DNA of 64,000 bases from Neodothiora populina. Taxonomy: Eukaryota. Where the stretch lies: positions 186,001 through 250,000 of the forward strand of contig NW_027191404.1 of the NCBI RefSeq assembly GCF_041146345.1, in the 5' to 3' direction. The notes below the pieces were generated by a model that saw nothing but the letters and a program-made list of their open reading frames with translations, ran no database searches and had not been told where the DNA came from. Positions 1 to 12,491 of this stretch are shown piece after piece. The stretch's first letter is position 1; each line of letters opens with the position of its first letter. The translations under genes and the position numbers were made by a program.

Positions 1-3000
1 AGAGTCGGTCAGGCCCGAGGAAGGGTTGACTTCCTCTCCACTGAAAGTACGTGCTTGTGATTCGAGATTCGTCTGATGGCGGTGTGTGGGGCCTGGCCTC
101 GGTTGTGGATGTTGAAGAAGCAAAGAATTGCGATATGCCTGGTACTTCGGATCATCGAAAGAAATGGCATCCAGATCATCAATGTCTTGATCGAAGCGTT
201 GGAGGTCTTCCTGACGAAGTTGGTTGTTCGGTGAGGGGTGGCCTGCACCTCCGCTCATCAGAGGTTTCTCATGATGGTAGGATCCATTCTCAGAGGGCAA
301 CAGTGGCGACGGTGTGCGAGTCAGAGTACTGCGGCCGCTTCGTAAGCTGGCAGCTTCGGCATTTTGCTCCCTCGCCAGAGATTGGGTAGAGCGAAGTCTG
401 TCGTCGGACCTGAGGCGATAGTCATCGTCATTGTAGACATCTTTATCGATGCTATCGCCACTCCTCGACGCCTTGGAGTTGTTAGATTGGTAGCTTTTGC
501 GCTTGTAGTCCTGATCAGTTGATGCAGTAGTCTTGGACCAACGGGAAAACTTTGGAATGCCAAACAGCGATGAGCTTGTTGATTTGTGCTTTCGCTGCTG
601 CTCTGGCGACCGTTCAGGTGTACGGTCACGATCATCAACGAAACGAGCTTGAGGTGGCGTTCCAATTGAGCGAGGGCTTCGCTTATTGTAGCTTTCTTGT
701 GTTGGGGTCAGCAGTCTCGGGTTTCCTTCAAAGTGGTCGTCCAATATCTGTTCTTCGTGAGGATTAAGGTAAGATTCGTCCTCGTCACCTTCTTCCATCA
801 CAGTGCTGACACGGTTCACACTGCCTCTGCGCCCATCATAGCCAGAATGGAAGTGCTTGTCTTTAGTTGGCGTCAAAGACAATTGACCACCAGACTGATT
901 AGGCGTAGAAGAAGTCCCTGCCTCGCCCTCTGGTTCGTACCCAGAGCTCACACCAGCTCGTCGTTCTTCATAATCATATGAGTCGAGACTGTCCGTCCGC
1001 AAAGACATGGGCGGTCTGACTGCGCCGGCGCCTTGCGAGACTTTGAGGACTTCAACATCACCGAGCAGCTGATTCAGCATATCCTCGATGCGTGCAAGGT
1101 CATTGTTGTTCCTACTGCTGAGGCCCTTGAGAGCGCGCTTGAAGATGTTTTTACGCTTAGTGGCGCTTTCTTCGCTGTCGTAGCTACCACGCGGGGAGCG
1201 TGCGGGAACAGCGCCAGCAGGCATTGGCCGAGGCCCACTGAGGACCTTTTGTACAGTGATGTCGGCATCGCGGTCCGTGTTCTTCATGATCATGCGGTCC
1301 TCCTCTGCTATAAACTTCTTCAGAGCATCGAATTCTTGCCTCATTTCGGCTGCACTGCGTACGAGAGTGACAAGTATCTCCGTATCGCGAGCGTTGCGCT
1401 GGGCATCGCGTACCGTCAAGTGATCCATCAAAGCAACCACATCCTCAGATTGAATACGGTCGATACCTTTTCCGGTCGCGCTATCGTATGGTGGCGATGC
1501 CAGGCCATGAGAGTTGGCGCTATAGTGACGTGCATGCTTGGTTCCTGCTCGGAGAAACTCTTCATCGTCGGGACCCATGGCAGCTTCGTACTCGGCTAGC
1601 TGCTGTGGTGTGAACTCTCGATCGTGGTGACCTTTGATCCTCTCACCTCGAGGAGATCGAGCGTGCGCGGCAGATGAATAGCCTTCGTCGCCAAGTTGAG
1701 CGTTGGGACTGAAAGGAGTGGCGTTCATGTGATCCAAATGTACAGCCTCTGCCTGGTGTACACCTGGTGTAGGGCCTCGATTGTAAGCATCCTCGACACT
1801 ATTGCGATAGGTCGTGTCTAGTGGTGAGACCGATGGCTTTTCGCTGCGGCCGAACAGGTGCTCAGCTGCTAGAGTTCCACCAGTAGCCTTACCAGCACCT
1901 AGCAGCGCAGCAGTCCTCTCATGATGATTACTACCCGGGGATAGGATGTCAGGGCTTCGAGTGCGATCCTTCAGGAAACCATCGGTATCATACGACCAGC
2001 GCTCCTTGTCACCCTGGGGCTTTGCGCCATGGATCTCAGGAGGATTCGTACTGATTTCAGAGACATCGTCCAAGCCATGTCCAATCTCGGGCAACGGATC
2101 GTCCATCAGAGGCAGACCACTAGCTCCCATCTTGATTGGTGTTGATGTGCCTTCAGAGCGGTGATCCTGTAGAAGGCGGGTTTCATCGCGCTTAGACAAG
2201 ACAGCATCAGAATCGCCTGGGGAGTTCTTTCCTGACAGAGCTTCGGCTTGTTCGCGCAACGCACTCCAGCGACTCTTTACAGGGCTGGCTTCCTCTGACA
2301 CGGCTACAGCGGCGATCTCATGGGGTGCAGGAGAAGCGCGAGTGATATCACGTAGATTCTCCTCCATATGATGGTCATGACTGGATTCTTCGACCTTGCT
2401 ATAAGCGTCGGATCGGACGCTACTACTAAGCATTGAAGGGTCGAGCAATGAAGCTACAGCGGATTCAACAGCATGGTGTTCGTTGACGATTTGTGGTTGG
2501 GCAGAGACACCACGGATGTCACGTTCAGTGATAGCGCCGTTGTTAGAACTATAGGTATCGTCAGTGTAGTGAGTATGCCGACGGTCATCCGAAGGATCAT
2601 CCAGAGATGACCCGGCAATAGATTGTCGATATCTTTCATTCTCCTCGTGCTGCTTTTGGAACCATTCCTCCATCTCCTCGCCACGCGGAGTGCCTGGGTC
2701 GTCATAGGTGACATCGGAGACGGGCCTTAGGTGCTCTTCCATTTCATGCTCAGCCTCACGTGCAGATGTCTCGGAATGTACTGAATCACGTTCTGCACCC
2801 GCCGTAGTATGGGAAAGTCGACTTCTGGGACGTAAGCCTTGAGGAACAAGAGGGTCTCGCATGTCGTCTCTGATGCTTGACACACTTTGCGCCGGGCTCC
2901 GGCCTGCAGAGCGAGGGCTTCCAGTAGCGTCAATCGAAGCGCTCTTGCGCTTCTCATCAAGGTTCCTCTGGATACGTGCAGCACCTAGTCCCGCAGCCGC

Positions 3001-4899
3001 GAGCGCTGCAATCCTTGCTTTTGTCGAGATCGATTCTGGGGTCATCGGGCTCATTGGACTTGTGGGGCTCGCATTACCATAGGACTGGTAGCCGTGATTA
3101 TGGCCGAGTTGATGGGTCGACTGAGTGGGCGTTCGGGAGGAAGGAGATTGACTGTCGTTGTTGAACGAATACCGCGAAACCTCCTTCACCGGCGTGCGAA
3201 GCTCGTCGGACTGCCTCGAACGTGGTCGTTCCGTCACTTCAGTCAATAGGGAGGTCCTGGTAATATCGGACTCGTTGATACCGCTGGCGAAAGGCATAGG
3301 CGGGATGTCCACTTTTTCGACTTTATTGTGAGATTCTTGCACGCTTTCTTGAATGCTAGCAGATCTGCTTCTACTGCCATGGCTCTTGCTGCTCGCTCGT
3401 TTCTTACGCTTCTCCCTGCTGTCACCGTCACGGGAGTCATGATGGCGTAATGCGGCAGCGGTCAGGACACCTCCAGCAATACCGGCGGCAACTGCGTCTC
3501 GTGCGCGATGACTATCTTTGCTGGTCTTCTCATGAACAGAAGATTCATCTTCGCCCCTCGACGAGCGGCGCTCGCTGCGAGAAGATGTCGGCACTGATTC
3601 GCGACTAGATTTACGGTGCTTTTTTCGTTGACTTCGCCGCTCCGAGTCGCCACGTGAGAGTACCTCGCCAGGGTCATCGTCATACCGATTCAACACTACT
3701 TTGGGCTTGCTGGATATGTTTGGAGAACTTGAAGATTTCGAAAGACGACGACCCAGATCTTCGCTATATGAATCCCTGCTGTCAATGTAAGATTCATGAT
3801 TGCCACTTTCAAAATCGTGAAGATTCCTTTCTGTTCGCTTTTCGCTCTTCAACTGATTGATCTCGGGTAGGATCAGTCTGCGGACGGTGTCTTCAACCAT
3901 TTCAAGTAGTTTTGGATTGTTCAGTGAGACCTTGGAAGTTGCGCCAGAGCGATAAGAAGGAGTGATACTTGAAGAGACAAAACTTGACTCAGTGTTGGTC
4001 ATCGACTCCTCGGTATGATGTGATCTTGAGGACCGTCGTCGTCGCTCCTTGGAGGGCTTGTTGTCCGGCTCATACTCGACTGGCTTCTCAGCAGCGCGTT
4101 GTTTGAGCTTTTCCATGACTTTCTGTGTGATGCGTTCACGGCTGATGCTACGACTCCTGTCTCTTGTTGATGGAGCACGCAGGTGCTCGTCAATCGCAGC
4201 TTTGGTTTCCTGCTCGATCAATGGGCTACGAGGTCGTGTGCTGATGTCACTGGCGTCGAGCAGACTATCCGGAGGCATGGAAGAGATGTCTGAAGGATTT
4301 GTCATATACTGCAAATCCCGTGATAGGCGGAGGTTGGCACTTGAAAGATCGCTCCCGTTGTTGAGAATCTCCACTTCGACCGGTGGCCTGTTTGATAGAT
4401 TCGACTCGGATGAGTGAGACAACTCCGTCCCTTCGATTGGCGGAGCGATGGAGTCCTTCTCTGACTGTCGGCTACCCAAAGAGATGCGTCGGGTATAGGA
4501 CGGCTTTCTGTCCTTGCCTATACCAGTGATCTGGACTGCGTCTCCTGATCCAGACTTGTTCTTACGTTTCGACGAAGGCGTTACCTTGACACGAACACTT
4601 GGGCGGCCTCCGTTGCTGCTGCCGCCGTTCTTGCTGGCCTCGAAGTACTCGATTAGAAGTGAGGTCTGTGATTTATTGCGCCCATGGCCCAGCACCGTCG
4701 TCCTCTTGTCAGTGGGTATAGTGATGGACCTTCCGTCTTCAGGGACGGTGTAAGAAGTTGCGTCTGTACGGCGCGACACATTGGTAGCTAGATCGGTAGC
4801 CGAATCATCAACATCCATATGCGCAAGATGGACGACACTCTCGTCCGTCGGATCCTCAGTGGGTGCGGGAAGAGGTGGTCGCTTTGTGGCAACGCCCAT
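1..4899 (-). CDS. Large conserved fungal low-complexity/coiled-coil protein of unknown function (3' end beyond window start)
   Basis: Minus-strand frame from ATG at 4899 (MGVATKRPPLPAPTEDP...) reads as coding wherever checked down to base 1. It is absent from the ORF track, consistent with no stop inside the window. Contains motifs I recognise from Pezizomycotina hypothetical proteins: KSQTSLLIEYFE..RPSVRVKVTPS and DVVALMDHLTVRDAQRNARDTEILVTLVRSAAEMR. Confidence 0.85.
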   Translation of the reverse strand, partial: MGVATKRPPLPAPTEDPTDESVVHLAHMDVDDSATDLATNVSRRTDATSYTVPEDGRSITIPTDKRTTVLGHGRNKSQTSLLIEYFEASKNGGSSNGGRPSVRVKVTPSSKRKNKSGSGDAVQITGIGKDRKPSYTRRISLGSRQSEKDSIAPPIEGTELSHSSESNLSNRPPVEVEILNNGSDLSSANLRLSRDLQYMTNPSDISSMPPDSLLDASDISTRPRSPLIEQETKAAIDEHLRAPSTRDRSRSISRERITQKVMEKLKQRAAEKPVEYEPDNKPSKERRRRSSRSHHTEESMTNTESSFVSSSITPSYRSGATSKVSLNNPKLLEMVEDTVRRLILPEINQLKSEKRTERNLHDFESGNHESYIDSRDSYSEDLGRRLSKSSSSPNISSKPKVVLNRYDDDPGEVLSRGDSERRSQRKKHRKSSRESVPTSSRSERRSSRGEDESSVHEKTSKDSHRARDAVAAGIAGGVLTAAALRHHDSRDGDSREKRKKRASSKSHGSRSRSASIQESVQESHNKVEKVDIPPMPFASGINESDITRTSLLTEVTERPRSRQSDELRTPVKEVSRYSFNNDSQSPSSRTPTQSTHQLGHNHGYQSYGNASPTSPMSPMTPESISTKARIAALAAAGLGAARIQRNLDEKRKSASIDATGSPRSAGRSPAQSVSSIRDDMRDPLVPQGLRPRSRLSHTTAGAERDSVHSETSAREAEHEMEEHLRPVSDVTYDDPGTPRGEEMEEWFQKQHEENERYRQSIAGSSLDDPSDDRRHTHYTDDTYSSNNGAITERDIRGVSAQPQIVNEHHAVESAVASLLDPSMLSSSVRSDAYSKVEESSHDHHMEENLRDITRASPAPHEIAAVAVSEEASPVKSRWSALREQAEALSGKNSPGDSDAVLSKRDETRLLQDHRSEGTSTPIKMGASGLPLMDDPLPEIGHGLDDVSEISTNPPEIHGAKPQGDKERWSYDTDGFLKDRTRSPDILSPGSNHHERTAALLGAGKATGGTLAAEHLFGRSEKPSVSPLDTTYRNSVEDAYNRGPTPGVHQAEAVHLDHMNATPFSPNAQLGDEGYSSAAHARSPRGERIKGHHDREFTPQQLAEYEAAMGPDDEEFLRAGTKHARHYSANSHGLASPPYDSATGKGIDRIQSEDVVALMDHLTVRDAQRNARDTEILVTLVRSAAEMRQEFDALKKFIAEEDRMIMKNTDRDADITVQKVLSGPRPMPAGAVPARSPRGSYDSEESATKRKNIFKRALKGLSSRNNNDLARIEDMLNQLLGDVEVLKVSQGAGAVRPPMSLRTDSLDSYDYEERRAGVSSGYEPEGEAGTSSTPNQSGGQLSLTPTKDKHFHSGYDGRRGSVNRVSTVMEEGDEDESYLNPHEEQILDDHFEGNPRLLTPTQESYNKRSPRSIGTPPQARFVDDRDRTPERSPEQQRKHKSTSSSLFGIPKFSRWSKTTASTDQDYKRKSYQSNNSKASRSGDSIDKDVYNDDDYRLRSDDRLRSTQSLAREQNAEAASLRSGRSTLTRTPSPLLPSENGSYHHEKPLMSGGAGHPSPNNQLRQEDLQRFDQDIDDLDAISFDDPKYQAYRNSLLLQHPQPRPGPTHRHQTNLESQARTFSGEEVNPSSGLTDS

Positions 4900-7587
4900 T
4901 TGCTTTTACTTGCAACACGCCTCAAACTTAGGGAAGGAACGAGCTTGATGACATGGGGTTTCTTCTCTGAAACACTTGGAGATGTACCTGGTCACGACTG
5001 AGCATGCAGATCGCCCAAGACGATGATAGATAACAAAGGCTGATTGCAGAAACAACAAGTTCGAGACTGCGCGAAACCGTATGCTGTATCAGGTGAGGCA
5101 GTGCAGTAAGTCGTCCAATGAGTGTGCAGTCGATTGTGCTTAGGTACTGAAGTCAACGCGCGGCTTATCGGTATTAGAGCAATTAGTTCTGACTGAAATT
5201 GGGGTATTCGATCCTTGAATGGAAGCTGTCTCGCAGTACAGGTCGAGAGGTTAGCAGAGATGCTCCCAAGATCCTGCGGCACGGTTAGACAAGCTAGCTA
5301 AGTTGGCTACTTCTTTGATATAAGAGTCAAAGTAGAAGAAAAAAGAGGCAAGGAAAGCATGCATACAACAACGGTCAACGTCTCGCACGTTTCTCTGTTG
5401 ATTTGTGGAGAGGATAAGCGTGAATCGTGAAGCGCCCGACCTGTAAATCGCCGTAGCTTCCAACGGGCGGAGTCGGCCCGCGCTGTTCGTTCGAACCTTG
5501 AACACCTGCTGCTGCTGATTCAGAAGCAACAGCTTCCTGCCACGGTGAATATTCAAGGTGCTGCAGTGTGGTCGCAAAAGTACGAAAAACTTGAACAGCA
5601 AGACGCACTGCAGTAGCAATGAGAGGATCGAGCCTCGACCTAGATTAACAATCGGTCCCACCAAGATGGCTTTCGAGGTTCTTGTACACGCATGTGGCTG
5701 GGCGAATGGCAATGCTGTGCGAATCAAAGGCTAAACCCACGACCTCCCGCGCGCTAGAACCAAACACACGAGGAGGCTGATCTCGCTCGCCGCCACGGCA
5801 ACCCGACACGCTCGGACCCTAGGAACCAGGATCCTCGTTACCAGGTAGATAAGATAGAGGAAAGGACTGTCGATTATATGTCGGTGTGCAATCTTTTTTG
5901 ACGTGGCTTTCGGGTAAGGTACCTAGTGTGTGTCTTCGATTCTCAGCGCGATCATTAATTCAGCTCTACGCGACAACAGAGGAAATGTGACGTAAGATGC
6001 TCTCCATATCTATATCAACGATAGAGTAGCTATCGCAAAATCACTATACATACTGTATCTATCCTCAATCGTACAGCGGCACAAATTCGCCTCAACTTGC
6101 AGATGGAATATCTTTGGAGAGCCATTTCTGGCGAACCACCACCTACCACGTCTACTCACACCCGCTGCGGGACACGGGGTGTGGCCAACCAAGCACCCGC
6201 ATTTTCAGGCTCCGGAGGCCCAAATCTCTTCCGCGCCCGGTCTTACGAGGATGCTTCTACCATACCCTGCTCCATCTTCGTCGTAGGTGGCTGGGCTTTT
6301 GCGTCCACCAGTGGCTTGATTTCCTTGCCTGTAATTCGTATGATATAACAACCACCCTCGCGTACTTATCTGTCGGCTCGATTGATGCCTGATATGCTTC
6401 CAGGGAATGTCTTGTCAACCATCGTCATCTTGCTACGATCCCGCGAAGCACAGCTACCACACCTCAATGCGGGGATATCTGTGCAACACGGCAAGCTCCA
6501 TACCCAACCCGTGAATCGTAGTACTGTGAATTTGAGCATGCATGTTCTGAACCCGAAGACCTGACTGAACAGGGTTGCCCCATGTTCTTCAGAACAAGTT
6601 CCTAATCAAAGACGCACCATCGGACCTCTGGAAGCACCGCATATCATCACGGTGACTGATCTTAGTGTTCACTTGTGGTGCTTGAATCGATGTCGTGCGT
6701 GTATTGTATGTGACATGAGGTGCCGGGTCCGTTTTGCTTCGGGAATGTAGAGCCTCGGTTAGACGTAGGCTTGTGATTAGGTAAGTAGCAGTTGGACATG
6801 GGCTTTGCTGCCTTAAGCTATACCTAAACTTCGATGTCTTGTTTGATGCACAGCGGTATGCTAGACAGAAGCTGTAAATTACCCTTTATTCTTTATTAGC
6901 TTCATATGAACACGGAATAATCGACGGCAAAGACTTAAAAACAAGTCATACTATATGGATAGAGGATACAGCACAATGCGATTACAGTGCAAGCTTTGAC
7001 CACTTGCGGCTCTTACTCCATGAAGCCTGATCAGCTCGTTAGCTTGACAGGTACCATGACTCCATCAAGCATTCACGCTGCAAGAAGATGATATTCGTAG
7101 AGGCGCATGCAATATGATAGATAGGCTGAGCAAGCGCACATGGCTATTCGAGATAAGGTAGTAGGATAACATCGAACCCGACACTTTCTATCAAATACAT
7201 GTCTCTTCGGCCGACGACGGCCAATCGGGAAGGTGACCGCTCGGTGAATTCTGGTGTGCTGGAGGTACTGTAAGGTAATCGGCTCTCGGCACAGTTTATC
7301 GCAATTAGGATTTAATGATTCCACCGCTTGCACCTAAAGGTGGGAGAGCAGCACACCTTAGGGGCCAAGATGCGCATACGAAATGGAAAACAATGGTTGA
7401 TCTGCTCTTCTCTTCGCTTTCAGACACCCTTCATGAGTCGAAAACAGCAGTTGATAGTTGTCTCGAATGCGCCGCGTGCCTGACTGAACAAAGCCCCCAC
7501 TTCATCAGATATACCTACCTTACCAAGCCATCGATAAGCAGGCACATGGTCGACGACGTCACGCTTGGACCCTGAACCATTCCGGAT

Positions 7588-9388
7588 ATGGCGGTGCAGG
7601 ACGTAGAAGAGAAAGATATCGAACAGTCCTTTGACCTTCGAAACACGTCAGACGCGTCCATCGACATCAAAGCCGCAAGCAATGATCGGTTCGATGCCGA
7701 CCCTTCGCCGTCGTCTGTGGTGAAGCCAGAAGATGAGTCGAAGGTACCGGAACCTGCAACGATCGAGGTCAAGGGTCCTAGAGCCTTACCGCGATTCGCG
7801 AGAAGAGGCTGGCTGGCCAAGCTGTCTGTGGTAGCCGAAGTAGAAGAGCCCAAAGATTATGCGCGTGGGACGAAATGGTTCATTACCTTCATTGTTGCTG
7901 TTGCAGCAGCTGCAGCGCCGATTGGCAGTGGCATAGTCTTACGTATGCTATTCACAAAACAAGTCTGCTTGCTCATGGTCACTGATTTTTATCGACAGCG
8001 GCGCTCACTGATATCGCAAAAGCGTTCAACAGTACGGCATTCGTCACTAATCTCTCAGTATCGTTCTATATGCTTTCCATGGCCATCTTCCCTCTCTTCT
8101 GGAGCTCATTTTCCGAGATTCTAGGACGGCGGACAATATACCTTTCGTCGTTTCTGGTCTACTTTGTGTTTAACGTGCTCTCAGCGGAAAGTCAGAACAT
8201 CGCAATGTTTCTGGTGATGCGCATACTTTCTGGTGGCGCATCGGCTTCCGTGCAAGCAGTCGGTGCAGGCACAATAGCTGACATATGGGAAGTCAAGGAG
8301 CGCGGTCGCGCCATGGGAATCTTCTATCTTGGACCCCTCTGCGGTCCTTTGATTGCTCCGATCGTTGGCGGCGCATTAGCACAGGGGCTCGGATGGAGAA
8401 GCACCATGTGGTTCCAAGTTATCTACGGAGTCGTGATATGGTTTCTTGTTCTGTTCTTTCTGCCGGAGACTTTGAAAGTCAGGAAAGCCATCGCTGTGGA
8501 GGCGCAACAGCAAGTTACCGCCGACGAAGAGATGCATACACTGTCGAGAACCACGACTCGGCAAAGTGTCAAGTTGAAGACGAAAAAATACGCCGCCATG
8601 TTTCGCACATGCTTCATCGATCCCTTGGCGATAATCCTCAATCTTCGGTCGCCACCGGTTGCCTTGGTGGTCTATTATGCGAGCGCCACTTTTGGAAGTC
8701 TTTATGTGCTGAATGTGTCGGTTCAGCAGACGTTCGAAGCAAGTCCATATAATTACTCGACGATAATCGTTGGTCTCTTGTATGTTCCCAACTCGTTGGG
8801 GTATATAGTATCCAGCATACTCGGCGGCAAATGGGTAGACTACATTATGCATCGAGAAGCGAGAAAAGCAGGTCGCCACGACAGTGAAGGAGGACTGATA
8901 TTGCAGCCTGAAGATCGCATGCGGGAGAATGCATGGCTGGGCGCTCTCATGTACCCAGCCGCGTTGTTGTGGTATGGTTGGTCAGCGCAGGCAGGGGTTT
9001 TGTGGATCTGTCCGGTATGCATTGGATTGCCTGCTGCAGTGTACATGCGATGAACCTGCGACTGACTTTTGGTTTGAAACAGATGATAGCGAATTTCTTC
9101 TTCGGAGTTGGCACGATGCTGGTTTTCGGCATAGTGACGACCATGCTCACGGAGTTCATGCCGGATCGCGCATCCCACGGTATAGCTCTCAACAACTTTA
9201 TTCGCAACATCTTTGCGTGTGTGGGATCGCTCGTTGCAGAACCGATAATCAAGGCGATTGGCAATGGATGGCTGTTTACGATTCTGGGATGTTGGACGCT
9301 GATAAGTGGGCCACTTGTGATCTGGTCGATTATGAAGTTTGGCGACCGGTGGAGGGAGAGCGCGAGGAAGAGGGCAGGTGCTGGGTGA
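7588..9388 (+). CDS. MFS multidrug/H+ antiporter (DHA1-like)
   Basis: Motifs SEILGRRTIY, GAGTIADIWEVKERGRAMGIFYLGPLCGPLIAPIVGG, GWRST, FLPET, PEDRM. Introns at 7943-7998 and 9015-9082 join the three ORF-track pieces. Confidence 0.93.
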
Positions 9389-9875
9389 GCGCGGCTGTTC
9401 TTTGTCTCCACTATCACTGCCCACTTTGTTGAGACTTGAGTATGCGTATAAAGAAGAAGCACATTTGAAGCATTTAGCATGGCTGTTTATCGGCAGATTA
9501 TCTAGGAGCTATATAGCATCAAGGCAGAAGGACGGCATGTTCAACTATACTGTGCAGTATCAAGAAGTAAAGTGGTGTACAGATCAGTATATCAGCAAAT
9601 CTACTATTCAGCACAGACGGCGGCAATATACTGTACTATAATACAGATACGGTGCCACCAATCTGAAGCTTTCCAGTTCACATTGCCAGTCGACAGTCAC
9701 ACATACAGTACAAGCTTTAACGAAAAAGACGACGGAAGAGCTAATCAGCACGGCGACTCTGCCCTGAAGCTCCGAAGGCCAAGGCAGCGGGGGCAGGATC
9801 AATGAGTCGTGCATTTTTCATTTCCTCTTCGATGCATAGATGCCTGAGGTGAGCTAGGTCAGGTAGGGCAAAGTC

Positions 9876-9912
9876 ATGATGATGATGATGCTGATGATGA
9901 TGATGATGATGA
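9876..9912. repeat. (ATG/GAT)n microsatellite
   Basis: About 12 trinucleotide units with one interruption; intergenic. Confidence 0.9.
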
Positions 9913-10475
9913 GAAGGATGGGGACAAGTGTGGACAAGTTTCATTCCCCGTCCTTTGGGCTCTGCCGTCCGTCACTGTTACTGAGTAATAAGGTACAGTA
10001 AGGTGGACAGGGCATGGCATGAGGGCATGCACTGTAGCAGCAGGACGAAAGACGTGATTAGTAATACCAGCCAGAATTACTCTTAGCTGTCAAAGCCCAT
10101 CACATTTGTCTCTACAAGCATTGCGTGCATCAACAATAACAGAAGTCCAAATCAGTGATTCTTTGGTGGACTCTCTTTGCATCCCCCCTTCTTGATCAAG
10201 GTATCATTATCAATTACTCTTGATTAATCATAACCCAAAGGTACCTTATTGTTGGCAACCAAAAGAGCTGGACGGAAATACATCGGGTAAAGCTCGCGTA
10301 AACCAAGGCAAAGGCAGCAATTCACCGCCGCAGCGGGCCGGAGAAGGCAACCGAAGTCCCATCTTCCTGCTGCTGCCAAAGAGAGAGAGAGACCAAACAC
10401 CCAAGAGAGACAGACGTTCGTCGTCTGCGGTCTCCAACCATTACTGGCGAGCGCCTCTCGTCGCCATCTGCGAGG

Positions 10476-12491
10476 ATGGCATCTGCAGGTAAGTTTTGCA
10501 GGAGGGGACAGCCATAAATCAATCAGAGATCAGAGAGGCAAGGCAAGCAAGAGCAGGAAAACCCAGAAACAGAAGGAGACGAAGAAAGAGTCGCTGAATC
10601 GGTGGTGCAGACAACAAACCCATTTTAACACGCAGTGCAGATACGCTGTCGCCCGTCTATCCCGATCGCCCCATCCGCCCTCTGCCCAAGAACAGACTCA
10701 AGTCGAGGTTATCCCCCGAGCAATCAGCGAGCCTGATCTACCCGCCCGACCCTCCCATCTCGTCGCTGTCCTTCAATTTCCCCTTTGGCGCTGCAGACAA
10801 GGCCGACGGCAGAGGAGCAGTCAACGGGGGACATGCCGCACACTACGGAGACCAGGTGACACATTGCACTTGCGGAGCGGAGCATGGAGAGGAGAGCGAC
10901 GAGGACGAGATTGTCTTTGATCACCCGAATTTCCGGGTCCAGTCTCCGGTCGAGGGAGTGCAGCAGCGCAGGATGCTGGGCGAACAAAGAGCAGTGGCAG
11001 CAGCGGCAGCAACAGCAGGAGGAACAGGGACGGCAACAGCAGCAGGAGCAGCGAAACCAGCGCCACCTGCCTCGACCGCCTCCTCGGCTGACGGCTACGA
11101 GTCGTTTGAGAACACAAGCAACAAGAAGAAACGGAAAATACCCCTCTCTGCCAGTTCCGCGGTGCACCAGTCCAGCTTGACGGCAGAGTTGGCCAACATG
11201 GGCATCTCTTCGCACGGTCTGGACGGAACCAGCGACGACGCTTCTGCTCACGCCGCCACCTCGTATCCCTCAGCAACTGGAATGGGTCACGCTGGCGCAG
11301 GTCGTGGGAGAGCGGGCAAGTCGTCGCCGATGCGGGGCAGAGAGAGAGTCTCGATTTCACACGTCGCCAATGCTTATCCCTATGCCGGTGTCGAGCAGAG
11401 TGTGGAACGCGGAGGCGCTTACAAAGGCGACGGCACCAAGATCCGTAAGCATTCCTTTGTTTTTGGACTGACATACAATGTCGCTGACTCCCGCAGATGC
11501 CCCCGCTCAGGAACACAGAATCATCTCCAACGCCATCGCCAACGCCCAGAGTCAACCCACGACGCCGCAGAAGGGCAGAGAGAACGTCAGCCTGCTCTCG
11601 CTACCTTCTCCCAAGTCGGCCACTCCCAAGACACAATTCACCTTCACCTGCGAGTCCGACTCATCCAACAAGATGCTCTGGCCTGGCCACCCTCAGCCGC
11701 CGTACTCGACCCCAGTCCCCACCACCTCTCATCACCAATCTTACCCCATCGCTCCTTCTCCCGCCGCCCTCGTCCACGCCAACACCACCCAAGGCACCCA
11801 GACCAACTTACCCATGAGAGGGCCCAATACAGCCGCCGGTGCCATGAACGTCCCTCAAGCCAATGCTGCCGGCAACCCCGCCGGCAACCCTGCGCCTAGG
11901 AGGCCACGGAGACGCCGTCCTAGTCGCGAATACGCCCATGCCGCCCGCGAGCGTCGTCTGCAGCAAGAGTACAACAACTACCATCACAAGCCGACCAAAG
12001 ACAACATGTGGATATGCGAGTTCTGCGAATACGAGGACATTTGGGGTGTGCCGCCCCTCGCTCTGATCCGCCAATACGAGATCAAGGACAGGGCGGAGCG
12101 CAAGAAGGCCGAAGAGAAGAGAAGACTGTTGGAAAAGGCCAAGATGAAGGGCAGGAAGGGCAAGAAGAACGTCAGAGGAAAAAACAACGGAGCCGCAGCA
12201 GCAAACCAGACCTCTGCACACCAGGGTGCCCAGCAGTACGACCACAATGGCGACCCCATTCAGAATCCCCCGCACAGCCAGGACGGCCAGGACGATTACT
12301 TTGACGATGACTACGACGACGGCTACGATCCCGTCGAACCCCACGACAGTGGCGGCGGCGGTGGTGGTGGAGGCGGCGCCCCACCTCATCAGATGCCCGA
12401 CAGATCGCGTCCCGGCGTGCAGTGGCAGTTTGCTAACGACCCGCCGCCACCGCCGGACAAGGTCGTGTCGCAGACTGCCGCTCGTGTCTAA
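10476..12491 (+). CDS. Conserved fungal hypothetical protein with C-terminal WICEFCEYE (CxxC) motif and basic coiled coil
   Basis: Exon 1 10476-10488 (ATGGCATCTGCAG|GTAAGT); introns 10489-10640 and 11445-11496. Protein MASADTLSPVYPDRPIRPLPKNRLKSRLSPE...DGYESFENTSNKKKRKIP...TQFTFTCES...WICEFCEYEDIWG. Confidence 0.85.

Noticed and set aside
9741..9944. Poly-His ORF (67 aa)
   Set aside because: Produced by the (GAT)n microsatellite; no other coding support.
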